Positions 8,154-17,668 of a stretch of 25,671 nt of DNA are shown in pieces; the stretch's first letter is position 1, and each line of letters opens with the position of its first letter. Position numbers and translations under genes: made by a program. Origin of the DNA: Phycisphaerae bacterium (GTDB lineage: Bacteria; Planctomycetota; Phycisphaerae; Sedimentisphaerales; Anaerobacaceae); the NCBI GenBank assembly GCA_030602845.1, contig JAUVYZ010000001.1, forward strand, positions 1 through 25,671, given 5' to 3'. The notes under the pieces were generated by a model. It made no database searches, was not told the origin of the DNA, and worked only from the letters and a program-made list of their open reading frames with translations.

Positions 8154-10373
8154 ATGGCCGAAATTTTCAAAAGAAAAATCGTTAAGTTATTGAAGCACGC
8201 CGATTACGCACCGCTGAAACTTTCACAACTGGCCAGGGCATTAGGTGTAAGTTCGGAAGATTATCCCCAGTTCAAATCGGCTTTTGAAGAGCTTCGTCGG
8301 GCCGGACACGTGGTGATAGGTGCGGGTAATTTGATTAGTCTGCCGCCATTATCCGGCCGAATTATAGGGACATTCAGGGCAAACCCCAGAGGATTTGGCT
8401 TCATAACACCTCTCGAACCCCATTCGCACGGTGATTTATTTGTACCGCCGAGCGCGACAGGCGATGCAATGACCGGCGATATAGTTGCCGCCAAGGTTGT
8501 AAAAAAAGGTAAACGCGCCGGACAGATGCGATACAGCGGCAAAGTGGTCGAGATTCTTGAACGAGCACAAAACAGATTCGTCGGAACTCTATTAAAACAG
8601 CCCGAAGGATGGATTGTGCAGCCGGATGGGACGAGCTTTTTCGAGCCGATTTCTGTTGATGATGTCGGCGCAAAAGGGGGCCAGCGGAAGGACAAGGTTG
8701 TGGTCGAAATACTTTCGTATCCGACGGAAAAATATCTGGCACGCGGCGTAATTATCGAGGTGCTCGGCAAAGCAGGACGATATGAAAGCGAGATAAAGTC
8801 AATAATTCACCAGTTTCATTTGCCGAGCGAGTTTGATGACGATTGTGTCGAACAGGCGCGGAGGGCCGCTGCTGAATTTAATCCTGAGCAACCCGGTGCA
8901 AGAGAGGACATAACGGGAAAAGTGGTTGTTACGATTGACCCGCCGGATGCAAAAGATTTTGACGATGCGATAAGTCTTGAGAAGGATTCCGACGGCAACT
9001 GGGTGCTGGGAGTTCACATTGCAGATGTCAGTAATTTTGTGTCGGCGGATTCGCCGCTGGATATTGAAGCGAAAGATCGCGGAAACAGCGTTTATCTGCC
9101 CGGCAAGACCATTGCGATGCTGCCGGAGATTTTAAGTAACGGTATATGCAGTCTTCAGCCAGGACAGAAGCGTTTTGTTAAAAGTGCGTATTTAACTTAT
9201 GACCAAGATGGTAACGTTTTGTCTCGCCGCTTTGCCAATAGTGTTTGTCGTTCGGCGCAGCGATTGACCTACAAAGAAGCGGACAAAGCTTTGAAAGGCC
9301 GCATTAAGGGGATTAAGCCGGAAGTGGTCGAGCTGCTGAAAAATATGGAGGCGCTTAGCCGGGTTATTGAAGAACGACGAGCGAAGAACGGAATGCTCCA
9401 TCTGGATTTGCCGGAGACTGAGTTGATAATGGATAAATCGGGACGGGTTGTGGACGCTTGCCCCGCTGATGACAGCTATCCGCATACGATAATCGAAATG
9501 TTTATGGTGGAGGCCAATGAGGCGGTGGCGTCAGTTCTGGACCGGGTCAATGTCAAGTTTATGCGGCGGATTCATCCTGAGCCGGACGCTTTAAGCATGA
9601 AAAATCTCGCCAGGCTCGTTAGGGCGTTTGGTTTCAGTCTGCCTCGAAGTCCGGGCCGCGCAGCGATACAGGATTTGTTAGCCGCCGTTGAGGGGGCTGA
9701 TTGTTCTTTAGCTGTTAATTTGGCGGTGCTGCGGAGTTTCGAGAAGGCCCAGTACGCGCCGCTGCATATCGGCCATTTTGCGCTGGCTTCGAGTAACTAC
9801 TGTCATTTTACCAGCCCGATACGCCGGTATGCGGATTTACTTGTTCATCGCGTTTTGGAGTGCCATCTGCAAAATCGTTCTGGTTCGGCCGGGGACATCT
9901 CGGCCGGGCTGGATTTGACCGAGATTGGAAAACACATCAGCTTTACCGAGCAACGTGCTGAGGACGCAGAAAAAGAGCTGACCACCGTTCTGATTTTGCA
10001 AATGTTGAGCAATCGCATTGGTGACAAACTTGACTGCGTTGTTACCGGCCTTGCGAGTTTTGGGGTATTCGTGCAGTCGCGGAAATTCGGGATTGAAGGT
10101 CTTATACAGATGGGCGATTTGGGACCGGACGAATGGAAATACAGCCCAAAGACCCAGTGTATTGTCGGACTACGCTGCGGACGCAGTATTCACTTGGGTC
10201 AGGCCATAAAAGTGCGTATAATCTCTGTAAACGTCCCCGCACGTCAGTTGAATGTGTCCCCTGTTGAGCCGTTGGCTAAAGAGCCTGTTCGGAAAAAGAA
10301 AACTGCAAAGAAGTCCAACAAAGGCCGCGTGCGGAGAAGGGCAAAAGGAAAAATGGGGAATCTAAAAAAGTAA
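8154..10373 (+). CDS. rnr: Ribonuclease R
   Basis: Cold-shock domains (GFGF), RNB catalytic TIDPPDAKDFDDAIS, HFTSPIRRYADL, S1 domain and basic tail. Confidence 0.95.
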   Translation: MAEIFKRKIVKLLKHADYAPLKLSQLARALGVSSEDYPQFKSAFEELRRAGHVVIGAGNLISLPPLSGRIIGTFRANPRGFGFITPLEPHSHGDLFVPPSATGDAMTGDIVAAKVVKKGKRAGQMRYSGKVVEILERAQNRFVGTLLKQPEGWIVQPDGTSFFEPISVDDVGAKGGQRKDKVVVEILSYPTEKYLARGVIIEVLGKAGRYESEIKSIIHQFHLPSEFDDDCVEQARRAAAEFNPEQPGAREDITGKVVVTIDPPDAKDFDDAISLEKDSDGNWVLGVHIADVSNFVSADSPLDIEAKDRGNSVYLPGKTIAMLPEILSNGICSLQPGQKRFVKSAYLTYDQDGNVLSRRFANSVCRSAQRLTYKEADKALKGRIKGIKPEVVELLKNMEALSRVIEERRAKNGMLHLDLPETELIMDKSGRVVDACPADDSYPHTIIEMFMVEANEAVASVLDRVNVKFMRRIHPEPDALSMKNLARLVRAFGFSLPRSPGRAAIQDLLAAVEGADCSLAVNLAVLRSFEKAQYAPLHIGHFALASSNYCHFTSPIRRYADLLVHRVLECHLQNRSGSAGDISAGLDLTEIGKHISFTEQRAEDAEKELTTVLILQMLSNRIGDKLDCVVTGLASFGVFVQSRKFGIEGLIQMGDLGPDEWKYSPKTQCIVGLRCGRSIHLGQAIKVRIISVNVPARQLNVSPVEPLAKEPVRKKKTAKKSNKGRVRRRAKGKMGNLKK

Positions 10374-10420
10374 CGATTATAATAAGCAAATAATCTAAAT
10401 TAAATTTCGGAGGAACCACA

Positions 10421-11320
10421 ATGGGTAATCTCAATCGACGCGATTTTTTCAAGAAGTCGGCACTGCTGTCCGGCGGTTTGGCTGTGGGCGGTGCTGCGGC
10501 ACAAAGTAAAGGAGCTAAGGCAGTAAAGGTTTCGGCAGCGAAAAAGCCGCTGCTCAAGCTCGGTCTGATGAGCTACAATCTGGCTCGCGGCTGGGACATC
10601 GAAACGATCATCAAGAACTGCACCGAGGCCAAGTTCCAGCATATCGAACTTCGTACGACGCATGCCCACAAGGTGGAGGTTAATCTCTCCAGGTTGGAGC
10701 GTAAGGAAGTGCGCAAGCGGTTTGAAGATTCGGCATTGGAGGCAATCAGTCTGGCCAGCGGCTTTAGCTACCACCACGCCGACGCCGCCCGGCTGCGGCA
10801 GAACATTGAAGGGACCAAGGAATATACCAAGCTTGCTCACGATATCGGCGCGTTGGGAATTCGGGTATTTCCCAACGCGGTAAGCGATAAGGGCGTTTCG
10901 GTGGAAAAAACATTAGAGCAAATCGGCAAGGCTGTGCGGGAGTGCGGGGAATTTGCCAGGGATTACGGGGTAGAGATTCGACTGGCCAACCACGGGCGGG
11001 GCACCAACCGAGTGCAGGTCACCCGTAAAATTCTCGATTATGCGGACACGCCTCATGTTTACGTCAACTGGAACTGCGATGGATCCGATATCGAAGCCCC
11101 CGGCTTCGAATCGAATTTCAATCTGGTCAAGGATCAAATAAGCAATATCCACCTGCACAGTTTGTATAACGAAAAATATCCCTACCGCAAACTCTTCCAG
11201 TTGCTGCGGAAAAATAATTACCAGCGCTACTGCGACGCCGAAATCGGCGAAAGCAAGGAACCCGTACGCCTTATGAAATACTACCGCGGTTTGTTCCTGG
11301 CCCTCCAGGACGCACTATAA
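10421..11320 (+). CDS. Tat-exported sugar phosphate isomerase/epimerase-like TIM-barrel protein
   Basis: NRRDFFK Tat motif; xylose-isomerase-like barrel pattern (IELR, IRVFPN, IHLH); GGAGG SD. Confidence 0.85.
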   Translation: MGNLNRRDFFKKSALLSGGLAVGGAAAQSKGAKAVKVSAAKKPLLKLGLMSYNLARGWDIETIIKNCTEAKFQHIELRTTHAHKVEVNLSRLERKEVRKRFEDSALEAISLASGFSYHHADAARLRQNIEGTKEYTKLAHDIGALGIRVFPNAVSDKGVSVEKTLEQIGKAVRECGEFARDYGVEIRLANHGRGTNRVQVTRKILDYADTPHVYVNWNCDGSDIEAPGFESNFNLVKDQISNIHLHSLYNEKYPYRKLFQLLRKNNYQRYCDAEIGESKEPVRLMKYYRGLFLALQDAL

Positions 11321-11411
11321 TAAACTCGGTTATTTTAGTGGCCTGTGTGAACAGGAGGTTTATGTTTTTTAGAGTGGAGAAGTGGTCCTTATATCTTTCG
11401 GGAGAAGAATA

Positions 11412-12839
11412 ATGATAAGAATAAAACGACGAGATTTTTTGAAAGGTTCTCTGGCGGCGGGGGTTGGTTTGTTTACGCCTTTTTCACGCGTTCGGGGCGC
11501 GAATGACGACATTCGCGTCGCTATGGTTGGCGTGGGCTCGAACGTGAAGGTCGGGGGCATAGGTAAAGCAATGATGCGCAGTATAAGGAAAATCCCCGGT
11601 GTGCGCATCGTGGCGCTCTGCGATCCGGAAAACGCTCACCTGTATCCTGAAGTCCGGAAATTCAAAGACCGCAAGGAAAAATGCGACGCTTACGTCGACA
11701 TTCGCAAGCTTCTGGACAACAAAGACATCGACGCTATCGTCGTGGGCACCCCCAACCACTGGCATGTACTGGCAGCGGTTTGGGCCTGTCAGGCGGGCAA
11801 GGACGCCTTTGTGCAGAAGCCCTTCTCGCACAATATGTTCGAAGGCCGTAAAGCTGCGGAAGCGGCGCGCAAGTATAACCGCATAGTGTCGGCGACCCAC
11901 GGCTCGCGGGGCAGGTCGGGCGTGGGTGAGGCTTTCGCATACGCCCGGAAGGGGAAGCTTGGCAAAATCCTGTATGTGCGCGGCACTACTTACCGGCGGC
12001 GCAACAGCATCGGCAAGGTAAAAGGTTCGCAGCCGGTCCCGAAGACGTTGGACTATGACCTGTGGTCCGGCCCGGCCCCAATTTTGCCGGTAATGCGTGA
12101 GGAACTCCACTATGACTGGCACTGGATCTGGACCTACGGGGACGGTGACCTGGGCAACCTTGGCATCCACAATTTGGACGCCTGCCGGTGGGCCCTCGGG
12201 AAGGAGAGACTGCCGGAACGCGTGCTGACCCTGGGAGGCCGCTTCGGATACGAAGATGACGGCCAGACGCCGAATACAATAATCACTTTCTACGACTACA
12301 AGCCGGCTCCTATTATTTATGAGGTGCGCGGTTTGCCGACGACGGAGCGGTACAAGGGCATTGGCAGCGGTGTAGTCGTCCACTGCGAGCATGGATACAT
12401 CGTCGGGAACAAGGCTTACGATAATAATGACAAGTTGATCCGGGAATTCGAGCCTACCAACCAGGATTCATTTACCAACTTCTTTAGCGTGGTACGCAGC
12501 CACAAGATGAGCGACCAGCAGGAGAATGCGCTAAGCGGCCATCTCTCGGCATGCCTGGTCCATATGGGCAACATCTCATATCGCATCGGTAAGGAGACTG
12601 ACAGCGAGCAGATCCGCGAGATCGTCCGGGCGGACAAGAACTTTTCCGAAACTTACGACCGCTTCTGTGCTCATTTGGCGGAGCACAAGGTCGACATAGA
12701 GAAACACCACGTTACTGTCGGTCCGTGGCTGAGGATGAATCCCAGGGAGGAAAGATTTGTAGGAGCGTTCAGCAAACGGGCCAATCAACTGCGGACAACA
12801 AACTATCGCCCTCCATTCGTTGTACCGGAAAAAGTGTAG
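11412..12839 (+). CDS. Tat-exported Gfo/Idh/MocA oxidoreductase
   Basis: KRRDFLKG Tat motif, VGVG Rossmann region, GTPNHWH, QKP, YDLWSGPAP, GDLGNLGIHNLD; GGAGA SD before ATG 11412. Confidence 0.9.
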   Translation: MIRIKRRDFLKGSLAAGVGLFTPFSRVRGANDDIRVAMVGVGSNVKVGGIGKAMMRSIRKIPGVRIVALCDPENAHLYPEVRKFKDRKEKCDAYVDIRKLLDNKDIDAIVVGTPNHWHVLAAVWACQAGKDAFVQKPFSHNMFEGRKAAEAARKYNRIVSATHGSRGRSGVGEAFAYARKGKLGKILYVRGTTYRRRNSIGKVKGSQPVPKTLDYDLWSGPAPILPVMREELHYDWHWIWTYGDGDLGNLGIHNLDACRWALGKERLPERVLTLGGRFGYEDDGQTPNTIITFYDYKPAPIIYEVRGLPTTERYKGIGSGVVVHCEHGYIVGNKAYDNNDKLIREFEPTNQDSFTNFFSVVRSHKMSDQQENALSGHLSACLVHMGNISYRIGKETDSEQIREIVRADKNFSETYDRFCAHLAEHKVDIEKHHVTVGPWLRMNPREERFVGAFSKRANQLRTTNYRPPFVVPEKV

Positions 12840-12943
12840 CATCTGTAAAGGTGATACCACTATTGGATATAGCATTACAGAGCCTGTTCGAAAAAAGAAA
12901 GGTACAAAGAAGCCCGGGAAAAGAAGGCGAAAAACTAAACGAG

Positions 12944-12997
12944 CCCGCAATAAATTGCGGGGCTAAATAGAGGTTGCTTCGCTTCGCTCGCAATGAC
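12944..12997. repeat. Bipartite REP-like element
   Basis: CCCGCAAT-AA-ATTGCGGG-GCTAAAT followed by AGAGGTTGCTTCGCTTCGCTCGCAATGAC; same order at 20697-20760. Confidence 0.7.
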
Positions 12998-13015
12998 ATT
13001 TTCGTGTTGCGTCGC

Positions 13016-13043
13016 TTTACGTTTTTCGCTTTGCGTTTTACGT
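13016..13043. repeat. 7-bp-period array upstream of the efp -35 box
   Basis: TTTACGT TTTTCGC TTTGCGT TTTACGT. Confidence 0.65.
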
Positions 13044-13047
13044 TTTC

Positions 13048-13076
13048 TTGACATTTGGCGGGGATTTTGCAATACT
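13048..13076 (+). promoter_or_regulatory. Sigma70 promoter of efp(-secA)
   Basis: TTGACA (13048-13053), 17-nt spacer, TGc-AATACT (13071-13076), an extended -10. Confidence 0.6.
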
Positions 13077-13083
13077 GTTCTAA

Positions 13084-13118
13084 TTAATTATTGATAATTG
13101 ATTAATGATTATTGATTT
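13084..13118. repeat. TTGATTA heptamer array in efp leader
   Basis: TTAATTA TTGATAA TTGATTA ATGATTA TTGATTT. Confidence 0.7.
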
Positions 13119-13132
13119 TTGTGGAGTGTAAA

Positions 13133-13693
13133 ATGAGAGCATCGGAGATGAGAAAAGGTCAGACCGTGAAAATTGACGGCAAGCTGTATGCAATTGTTGA
13201 TTATCAACACGTCAAATTAGGCAAAGGCGGTGCGGTTTATCAGACAAAGCTTAAAAGTCTGACCGACGGTTCAATTCAAAATGTTCGGCTGCGCTCGGAA
13301 GAAACGGTCGAAGAGGCGTATCTGGACAAGGGCACATACGAATACCTGTATTCAGCCGGCAGCGAACATGTTCTGATGGATACCAAGACCTACGACCAAA
13401 TCACCCTCGATGACGATGCGTTCGGCGATGGGCCGAAATATCTCAAGCCAAATGCTCGGCTTCAGGTCAGTATGTACCAGGGCAGGCCGATTATAGTTAC
13501 TCTGCCTATCACGGTGGATTTGAAGGTTACCAATACCCCGCCGGAGATTAGGGGCGCGACGGCGACAAATCAAAACAAGCCCGCAACGCTCGAAACCGGG
13601 CTTATCGTACAGGTGCCGCCTTTTATTAAGACCGGTGACATTGTCCGTGTCGATACACGCAGCGGTGAGTATGTAACGAGAGTGAAAGGATAA
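13133..13693 (+). CDS. efp: Elongation factor P
   Basis: 186 aa from ATG 13133 (GGAG SD); QHVKLGKGGA loop, YLY, LFMD-like LMD, KPATLETG, VPPFI, VRVDTRSGEY. Confidence 0.96.
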   Translation: MRASEMRKGQTVKIDGKLYAIVDYQHVKLGKGGAVYQTKLKSLTDGSIQNVRLRSEETVEEAYLDKGTYEYLYSAGSEHVLMDTKTYDQITLDDDAFGDGPKYLKPNARLQVSMYQGRPIIVTLPITVDLKVTNTPPEIRGATATNQNKPATLETGLIVQVPPFIKTGDIVRVDTRSGEYVTRVKG

Positions 13694-13762
13694 AAAGTGA
13701 GCTAAAGTGCCTAAAGTGAGCTAAAGTGCCTAAAGTAGTGGATTATTTTTTTTACTTTAGCT
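13694..13762. repeat. 19-bp tandem duplication with inverted partner
   Basis: (AAAGTGAGCTAAAGTGCCT)x2 + AAAGT starts immediately after the efp stop. ACTTTAGCT (13754-13762) is the reverse complement of AGCTAAAGT. Confidence 0.85.
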
Positions 13763-13781
13763 TACTACTTTTTTAGTTGTG

Positions 13782-16700
13782 ATGTTTGATAAAGTCAGCA
13801 AAATTCTTGTAAAGGTTTTTGGCTCTCGTAATGAGCGGTTGGTAAAGGCGTATTCGGTAATCGCTCAGCAATCGGGCGAATTTGAAGAGCAAATAAAAAA
13901 GCTCGACGACGAGGCCTTAAAAGCGAAAACTGCTGAGTTCAAGTCCACCCTAAAAGCGGGCGCCAAGCCGGAGGATATTCTACCCGAAGTCTTCGCAGTC
14001 GTTCGCGAAGCGGCAAGGCGAAATGTCGATATGCGGCATTTCGACGTTCAGCTTATCGGAGGCAATGTCCTCTACGAAGGCAAGATTGCTGAAATGGTTA
14101 CGGGCGAGGGTAAAACGCTGGTGGCAACACTGGCAGCATACCTTGTTCATCTGACCGGAAGAAAGATCCATATAGTTACGGTCAACGATTATCTGGCCAA
14201 GCGTGATGCAGAATGGATGGGGCCGATATATGAGGCGCTGGGACTGACGGTGGGTGCGATTCAGGCGGGAATGGATACGTCCGGTGACGAGCGGAAAGGT
14301 CAGTATGGCTGCGATATAACATACGGCACAAACAATGAGTTCGGCTTCGATTACCTTCGCGACAATATGAAGATATCACTTGAGCAAATGGTGCAGGGCC
14401 AACTGCAATACGCGATAATCGACGAGGTCGATTCGATTCTAATTGATGAGGCCAGGACGCCTCTGATTATATCGGGCCCGGCCTTTGATGATGTCAGCAG
14501 ATATAAAACAGCAGACCAGGTGGCAAGGAAGTTGCTTGGCCTGCAAAGCGGCTACGACCGCACGAAAAAACAAATTGATTCCGCCCAGCGCAGGCAGGCC
14601 GGCGCTCAGGGCGAACTGGCGGAAGCAAAAAGAGAAAAGGACAACGAGCGAATCAAGAAGGCCCAGAAGGCAATCGAGGAAAGTCAGGCGGAGCTTGAGA
14701 GCGCACAAGTCAGGCTGACAGACGCTACGCAATATTACGAAGTCGAATACGACAGGAAGCAGGCGCATCTTACGCACGAAGGGGTAGGGGCCGCACAGGA
14801 GATAGCCGGCGTAGGGTCGTTCTTTACCGGCTCAAATATGGAATGGCCGCATCTTCTGGAACAGAGCCTGCGGGCCCACGTTACGTTCGAGAGAGAAAAG
14901 GACTACGTCGTTATAGAGGACAAGGTGGTTATCGTTGACGAATTTACCGGCCGATTGATGCACGGCCGGCAGTGGTCGGACGGACTGCACCAGGCGGTCG
15001 AAGCAAAAGAAAATGTATCGGTAAAAGAAGAAACCCAAACACTTGCTACTATCACGCTGCAAAATTTCTTCAAACTCTATGACCAGATAGCGGGGATGAC
15101 CGGCACGGCGGCGACCGAGGCCGAGGAGTTTATGAATATCTACAAGCTTGACGTTGTTGTAATACCGACTAACGAGCCCTGCATCAGGGAAAACCGGGAT
15201 GATGTAATCTATCAATCGATGCGCGAAAAGTTTAATGCGATAGTGGAAGAGATAAACGAGGTCAGCAACTCCGGTCGGCCGGTGCTTGTGGGCACGGTAA
15301 GCATTGAGAAGAATGAAGCACTGTCGAAGGCTCTTAAAACGCGATACGGCAAAGAGTATGAGCACGAGGTCCTCAACGCCAAGCACCACGAGCGAGAAGC
15401 TTCGATTGTTGCCAAGGCCGGCCAGCAGCACAGCAGCCGGGATGGCCGAATGCGAGGCAATATAACAATCGCAACAAATATGGCGGGCAGAGGTACGGAT
15501 ATTGTACTCGGCCCCGGCGTAGCTGAAATCGGCGGCTTACATGTCCTTGGGACCGAGCGTCACGAGGCCAGAAGAATCGATAATCAGCTCCGGGGCCGGA
15601 TAGGAAGACAGGGTGACGCCGGCTCCAGCCAATTTTTCCTTAGCTTCGATGATGATTTGATGGCGTTGTTTGACGGAGATAAGATACCAAAACTGTTGAC
15701 CTTAGTTGGTTGGAAGGAAGACGAACCAATTGTTCATCCGAGAATCAGTAAACAAATTGCAAAGGTTCAAAAGAAGGTTGAAGAGCGAAACTTCGAGGTA
15801 CGCAAGAGTCTGCTTGAATATGATGAGGTAATGGACTACCAGCGAAAGATTTTCTATTCACGGAGGCGCAAAATCCTGGCCGGAAAAGGGCTAAAAAACA
15901 TTATCGAAGAGATGATAGATGCCGCTATCGCAAAAAATTGCGACACCATTCTTAACGAGAGCTACCCGCGTAAGTGCATTATCGAGTGGGCCAGAACTGC
16001 TTTCGGTGCCGATTTGAAGCCCTCGGATGTTGCCGGCATTAAGGCAGCGGAAATTGAGAGATTAATAAAACAGCAGGCGAAAGATAATGCAGCTAATGAT
16101 ATATCGCTTTCTATGGGGGAATATTTAGAAGATTACGCAGACCCGCGAAGCTGGGATATTTCCGGCTTGTGCAAGTGGGCGATGAGCGCCTTTCGTGTTA
16201 ATTTAAGCCCGGGCAAAGTCAAGGCACAGGAGCCGGAGGAGATTGAAGAGCAGTTGATTTCAGCCGCGGCTGAGCAAATTGATAAAAAGGATTGTTCACA
16301 ACTAATCGAATTTTTGAAGCCGGATTTTGCTGTCCGCACATTTACCGAATGGGCACGAGCGAAGTTCGATATAAAATTGGACGTCGGCGAGGTTGCGAGC
16401 TTAAATGCGTCCCAAATCCGTCAGCAGCTTGGCGAGGAAACCGCAGCGAAATACAAACAAAGGGAGATTGAGTATCCTGTTGAATTTGCGATGAATATGG
16501 TTTACGGGCCTGGCGGGCCTAACGTATATGCGTTCGAGGCACTGGCGGACTGGGCGAACAAAAAATATAACGCCGGCCTTTCAGTTGAGCGGATACAAAA
16601 CGTCAAACCCAGGGCCTTACATAAACAACTGGTCGAATTGAGCGAAAGCTTTAACAACGGCGAGTTAGACCGAGAGCTTGCTGACAAAGTCGCTCAATTA

Positions 16701-17273
16701 AACACTGCCGAATTAGCAAAGTGGGCTAACGAAAGATTCGAGGCCTCTTTGACTGAAGACGACCTCGCCGGCGTGCCGGAACGCAAAGAGAAGCTCTCTG
16801 AACTCGCAAGGGAGTTCCTGCGCAAGGAACTAAGCGACCTTGAAAAATATGTTTTGGTCCAGGTTTACGACAGCACCTGGAAGGACCATCTGTATTCGAT
16901 GGACCATCTCAAAGACAGTATCTGGATGCGAGGCTGGGCGGAAAAAGACCCGAAGACGGAATATAAGCGTGAAGGCTATCGCATGTTTGAAGAGATGCTG
17001 GAAAACATTGAAGACCGTGTTACGGATATTATCTTCAAGGTACACCTGGAAGCCGGCGCCAGGGCGCAAAGTATCTGGAATGTAAGTCGAACGGCCCACG
17101 ATGAGGTCGGGCAGTTCGCGATGGCTGAGCAACAGCGGGCCGCCGCACAGGCGCCGCAGGGCGAGCGGAAAGTAAAACAAATTCGGCTGGAAACTCCCAA
17201 GGTCGGGCGTAACGACCCCTGTCCGTGCGGCAGCGGGAAAAAATACAAAAAATGCTGCGGAAAAACTGCCTAA
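13782..17273 (+). CDS. secA: Preprotein translocase subunit SecA with large insertions
   Basis: [45 protein letters not shown]-terminal [22 protein letters not shown]. Start is ATG 13782 or GTG 13779. Confidence 0.97.
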   Translation: MFDKVSKILVKVFGSRNERLVKAYSVIAQQSGEFEEQIKKLDDEALKAKTAEFKSTLKAGAKPEDILPEVFAVVREAARRNVDMRHFDVQLIGGNVLYEGKIAEMVTGEGKTLVATLAAYLVHLTGRKIHIVTVNDYLAKRDAEWMGPIYEALGLTVGAIQAGMDTSGDERKGQYGCDITYGTNNEFGFDYLRDNMKISLEQMVQGQLQYAIIDEVDSILIDEARTPLIISGPAFDDVSRYKTADQVARKLLGLQSGYDRTKKQIDSAQRRQAGAQGELAEAKREKDNERIKKAQKAIEESQAELESAQVRLTDATQYYEVEYDRKQAHLTHEGVGAAQEIAGVGSFFTGSNMEWPHLLEQSLRAHVTFEREKDYVVIEDKVVIVDEFTGRLMHGRQWSDGLHQAVEAKENVSVKEETQTLATITLQNFFKLYDQIAGMTGTAATEAEEFMNIYKLDVVVIPTNEPCIRENRDDVIYQSMREKFNAIVEEINEVSNSGRPVLVGTVSIEKNEALSKALKTRYGKEYEHEVLNAKHHEREASIVAKAGQQHSSRDGRMRGNITIATNMAGRGTDIVLGPGVAEIGGLHVLGTERHEARRIDNQLRGRIGRQGDAGSSQFFLSFDDDLMALFDGDKIPKLLTLVGWKEDEPIVHPRISKQIAKVQKKVEERNFEVRKSLLEYDEVMDYQRKIFYSRRRKILAGKGLKNIIEEMIDAAIAKNCDTILNESYPRKCIIEWARTAFGADLKPSDVAGIKAAEIERLIKQQAKDNAANDISLSMGEYLEDYADPRSWDISGLCKWAMSAFRVNLSPGKVKAQEPEEIEEQLISAAAEQIDKKDCSQLIEFLKPDFAVRTFTEWARAKFDIKLDVGEVASLNASQIRQQLGEETAAKYKQREIEYPVEFAMNMVYGPGGPNVYAFEALADWANKKYNAGLSVERIQNVKPRALHKQLVELSESFNNGELDRELADKVAQLNTAELAKWANERFEASLTEDDLAGVPERKEKLSELAREFLRKELSDLEKYVLVQVYDSTWKDHLYSMDHLKDSIWMRGWAEKDPKTEYKREGYRMFEEMLENIEDRVTDIIFKVHLEAGARAQSIWNVSRTAHDEVGQFAMAEQQRAAAQAPQGERKVKQIRLETPKVGRNDPCPCGSGKKYKKCCGKTA

Positions 17274-17377
17274 AAAAGAAAACATCGAGCAACATCCAGC
17301 CACCCGATGTTTTCCGGAGGGGAGAAAAACTTTTTTTTAACCTGCTTTCTTGTTATCGGCAGCAGTATAACGGCGAC

Positions 17378-17668
17378 TTTAGCCCCGTTAGAAATTTTCG
17401 CTTTTTGTCGGATTTTCTTACCCTCCCTGGAATTATAACGGGATTAACCGAAAAATCGCAGTTTGTTCTGTCCTCACAGGACTTTACGTTATCGGGCGGT
17501 AAAGGTTCTGTATTTTCCCCCCGGATTAGAGAATTCGTTAGCCCGTTAGAAATCTCCCGTTTTGGTATCATATTGCGGATTGTAGAATTTCTAACGGGGC
17601 GAGCAAGCTGTTCTAACCCCGTTAGAAGTCAGAGGCCAAAGGCCTCTTTCACTTCTAACGGGGCTAAT
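17378..17668. repeat. Cluster of three miniature inverted-repeat elements with CCCGTTAGAA ends
   Basis: 17383-17442 (right end degenerate), 17542-17598 (12-bp TIR), and 17617-17663 (13-bp TIR with internal AGAGGCC-AAA-GGCCTCT hairpin). A fourth copy is at 20562-20627. Confidence 0.85.

Noticed and set aside
11484-12392. 302-aa minus-strand ORF
   Set aside because: Antisense shadow of the GC-rich Gfo/Idh/MocA gene, with no recognisable motifs or start signals.
13694-13736. Possible CRISPR array (also considered for 17378-17668)
   Set aside because: No unique spacers in the first. In the second the repeats are inverted, 10-13 bp and irregularly spaced. No cas genes.
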